Shown in pieces: positions 63,751-64,000 of a stretch of DNA of 64,000 nt. Positions within the stretch are counted from its first letter, which is position 1, and each line of letters begins with the position of its first letter. A program made the position numbers and the translations under genes. Under the pieces are notes generated by a model. The model did not search any database, had not been told where the DNA came from, and saw only the letters and a list, made by a program, of their open reading frames with translations. Origin of the DNA: Erysipelotrichia bacterium (GTDB taxonomy: Bacteria > Bacillota_I > Bacilli_A > Erysipelotrichales > Erysipelotrichaceae); the NCBI GenBank assembly GCA_012800355.1, contig JAAZJL010000031.1, positions 8,596 to 72,595 on the forward strand, in the 5' to 3' direction.

Positions 63751-64000
63751 TTACTCTTTTCCAGATCGTAAAATTTCGTGTAATTTTTCATGGATTTCAT
63801 CATATATTTCTGGATTATTATCTAAAAAGAGTCTGACATTTTCTTTTCCCTGTCCAATTTTCTCTCCATTATATGAAAACCAAGATCCTGATTTACCTAT
63901 CAAATCATATTCTACACCTAAATCAATAACTTCAGATATACGAGATAATCCTTCGCCATATCTAATTTCTACTTGTGCTGATTTAAATGGAGGAGCAACT
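63751..64000 (-). CDS. recA: Recombinase RecA, C-terminal fragment (gene continues right of the window)
   Basis: My own minus-strand translation gives ...[65 protein letters not shown]...SGKE*, the conserved RecA C-terminal core. It is absent from the ORF track because no start codon is in the window. Confidence 0.9.
   Translation of the reverse strand, partial: VAPPFKSAQVEIRYGEGLSRISEVIDLGVEYDLIGKSGSWFSYNGEKIGQGKENVRLFLDNNPEIYDEIHEKLHEILRSGKE

Noticed and set aside
1-64000. Search for tRNA, rRNA, tmRNA, RNase P or SRP RNA, riboswitches, CRISPR arrays, IS elements/transposases, integrases other than xerD, phage genes, toxin-antitoxin pairs or defence systems.
   Set aside because: Every spacer longer than 60 bp is extremely AT-rich, with no GC-rich structured segment, no spaced direct repeats and no terminal inverted repeats. 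Every ORF of 100 aa or more outside shadow frames is either assignable to a housekeeping or metabolic family or is one of three small or unknown membrane/lipoproteins.

Overview
By eye this window is about 70% A+T. It is core chromosome from a low-GC Gram-positive or Mollicutes-like bacterium. The genetic code is standard: TGA terminates truB and psuK, and Trp is TGG. I support 57 protein genes and found no tRNA, rRNA, CRISPR array, IS element or prophage.

Gene content:
- On the + strand, 1-27.2 kb carries yloV'-recG-rnc-polC, a GDPD esterase, rimP-nusA-ylxR-infB-rbfA, psuK-psuG, a lipoprotein, a counter-oriented ttcA-like gene, truB-ribF, asp23-nusB-xseAB-ispA-tlyA-recN-xerD-deoB and an HD hydrolase.
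- On the - strand, 27.65-64 kb read in transcription order carries recA', ppx-ppk, rny-ymdB, a ferredoxin, miaB, an RNase J paralog, ftsK and pyrH-frr-uppS-cdsA-dxr-rseP-cls.
- It continues with an orphan PTS EIIB, tarI-tarJ, a counter-oriented acyl-CoA ligase, a SIS protein, smc-ftsY-ylxM-ackA, nrnA-dnaE and a two-component system plus a zinc-ribbon membrane protein.

Main result: the window spans the replication terminus. Gene orientation and G/C bias flip at the single long AT-rich convergent spacer (27209-27650). That spacer holds an unannotated 28-bp XerC/XerD dif site at 27602-27629, 2.2 kb from xerD and 24 kb from ftsK.

Other observations worth checking:
- An RNase J paralog has lost the ligands of its second metal site.
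- A ferredoxin mini-cistron ends in a terminator 20 nt before miaB.
- Pseudouridine catabolism genes are inserted inside the rbfA-truB operon.
- RibF is truncated and NusA carries a long E/K-rich tail.
- A two-component system is packed into the nrnA-dnaE operon.
- A 7-kb accessory junction (SIS, fadD-like, tarIJ, orphan EIIB, cls) sits at what looks like an old rearrangement breakpoint.

I did not see a defence island or a clearly novel multi-gene system. All functional calls rest on motif recognition and synteny recalled from memory, with no database searches.
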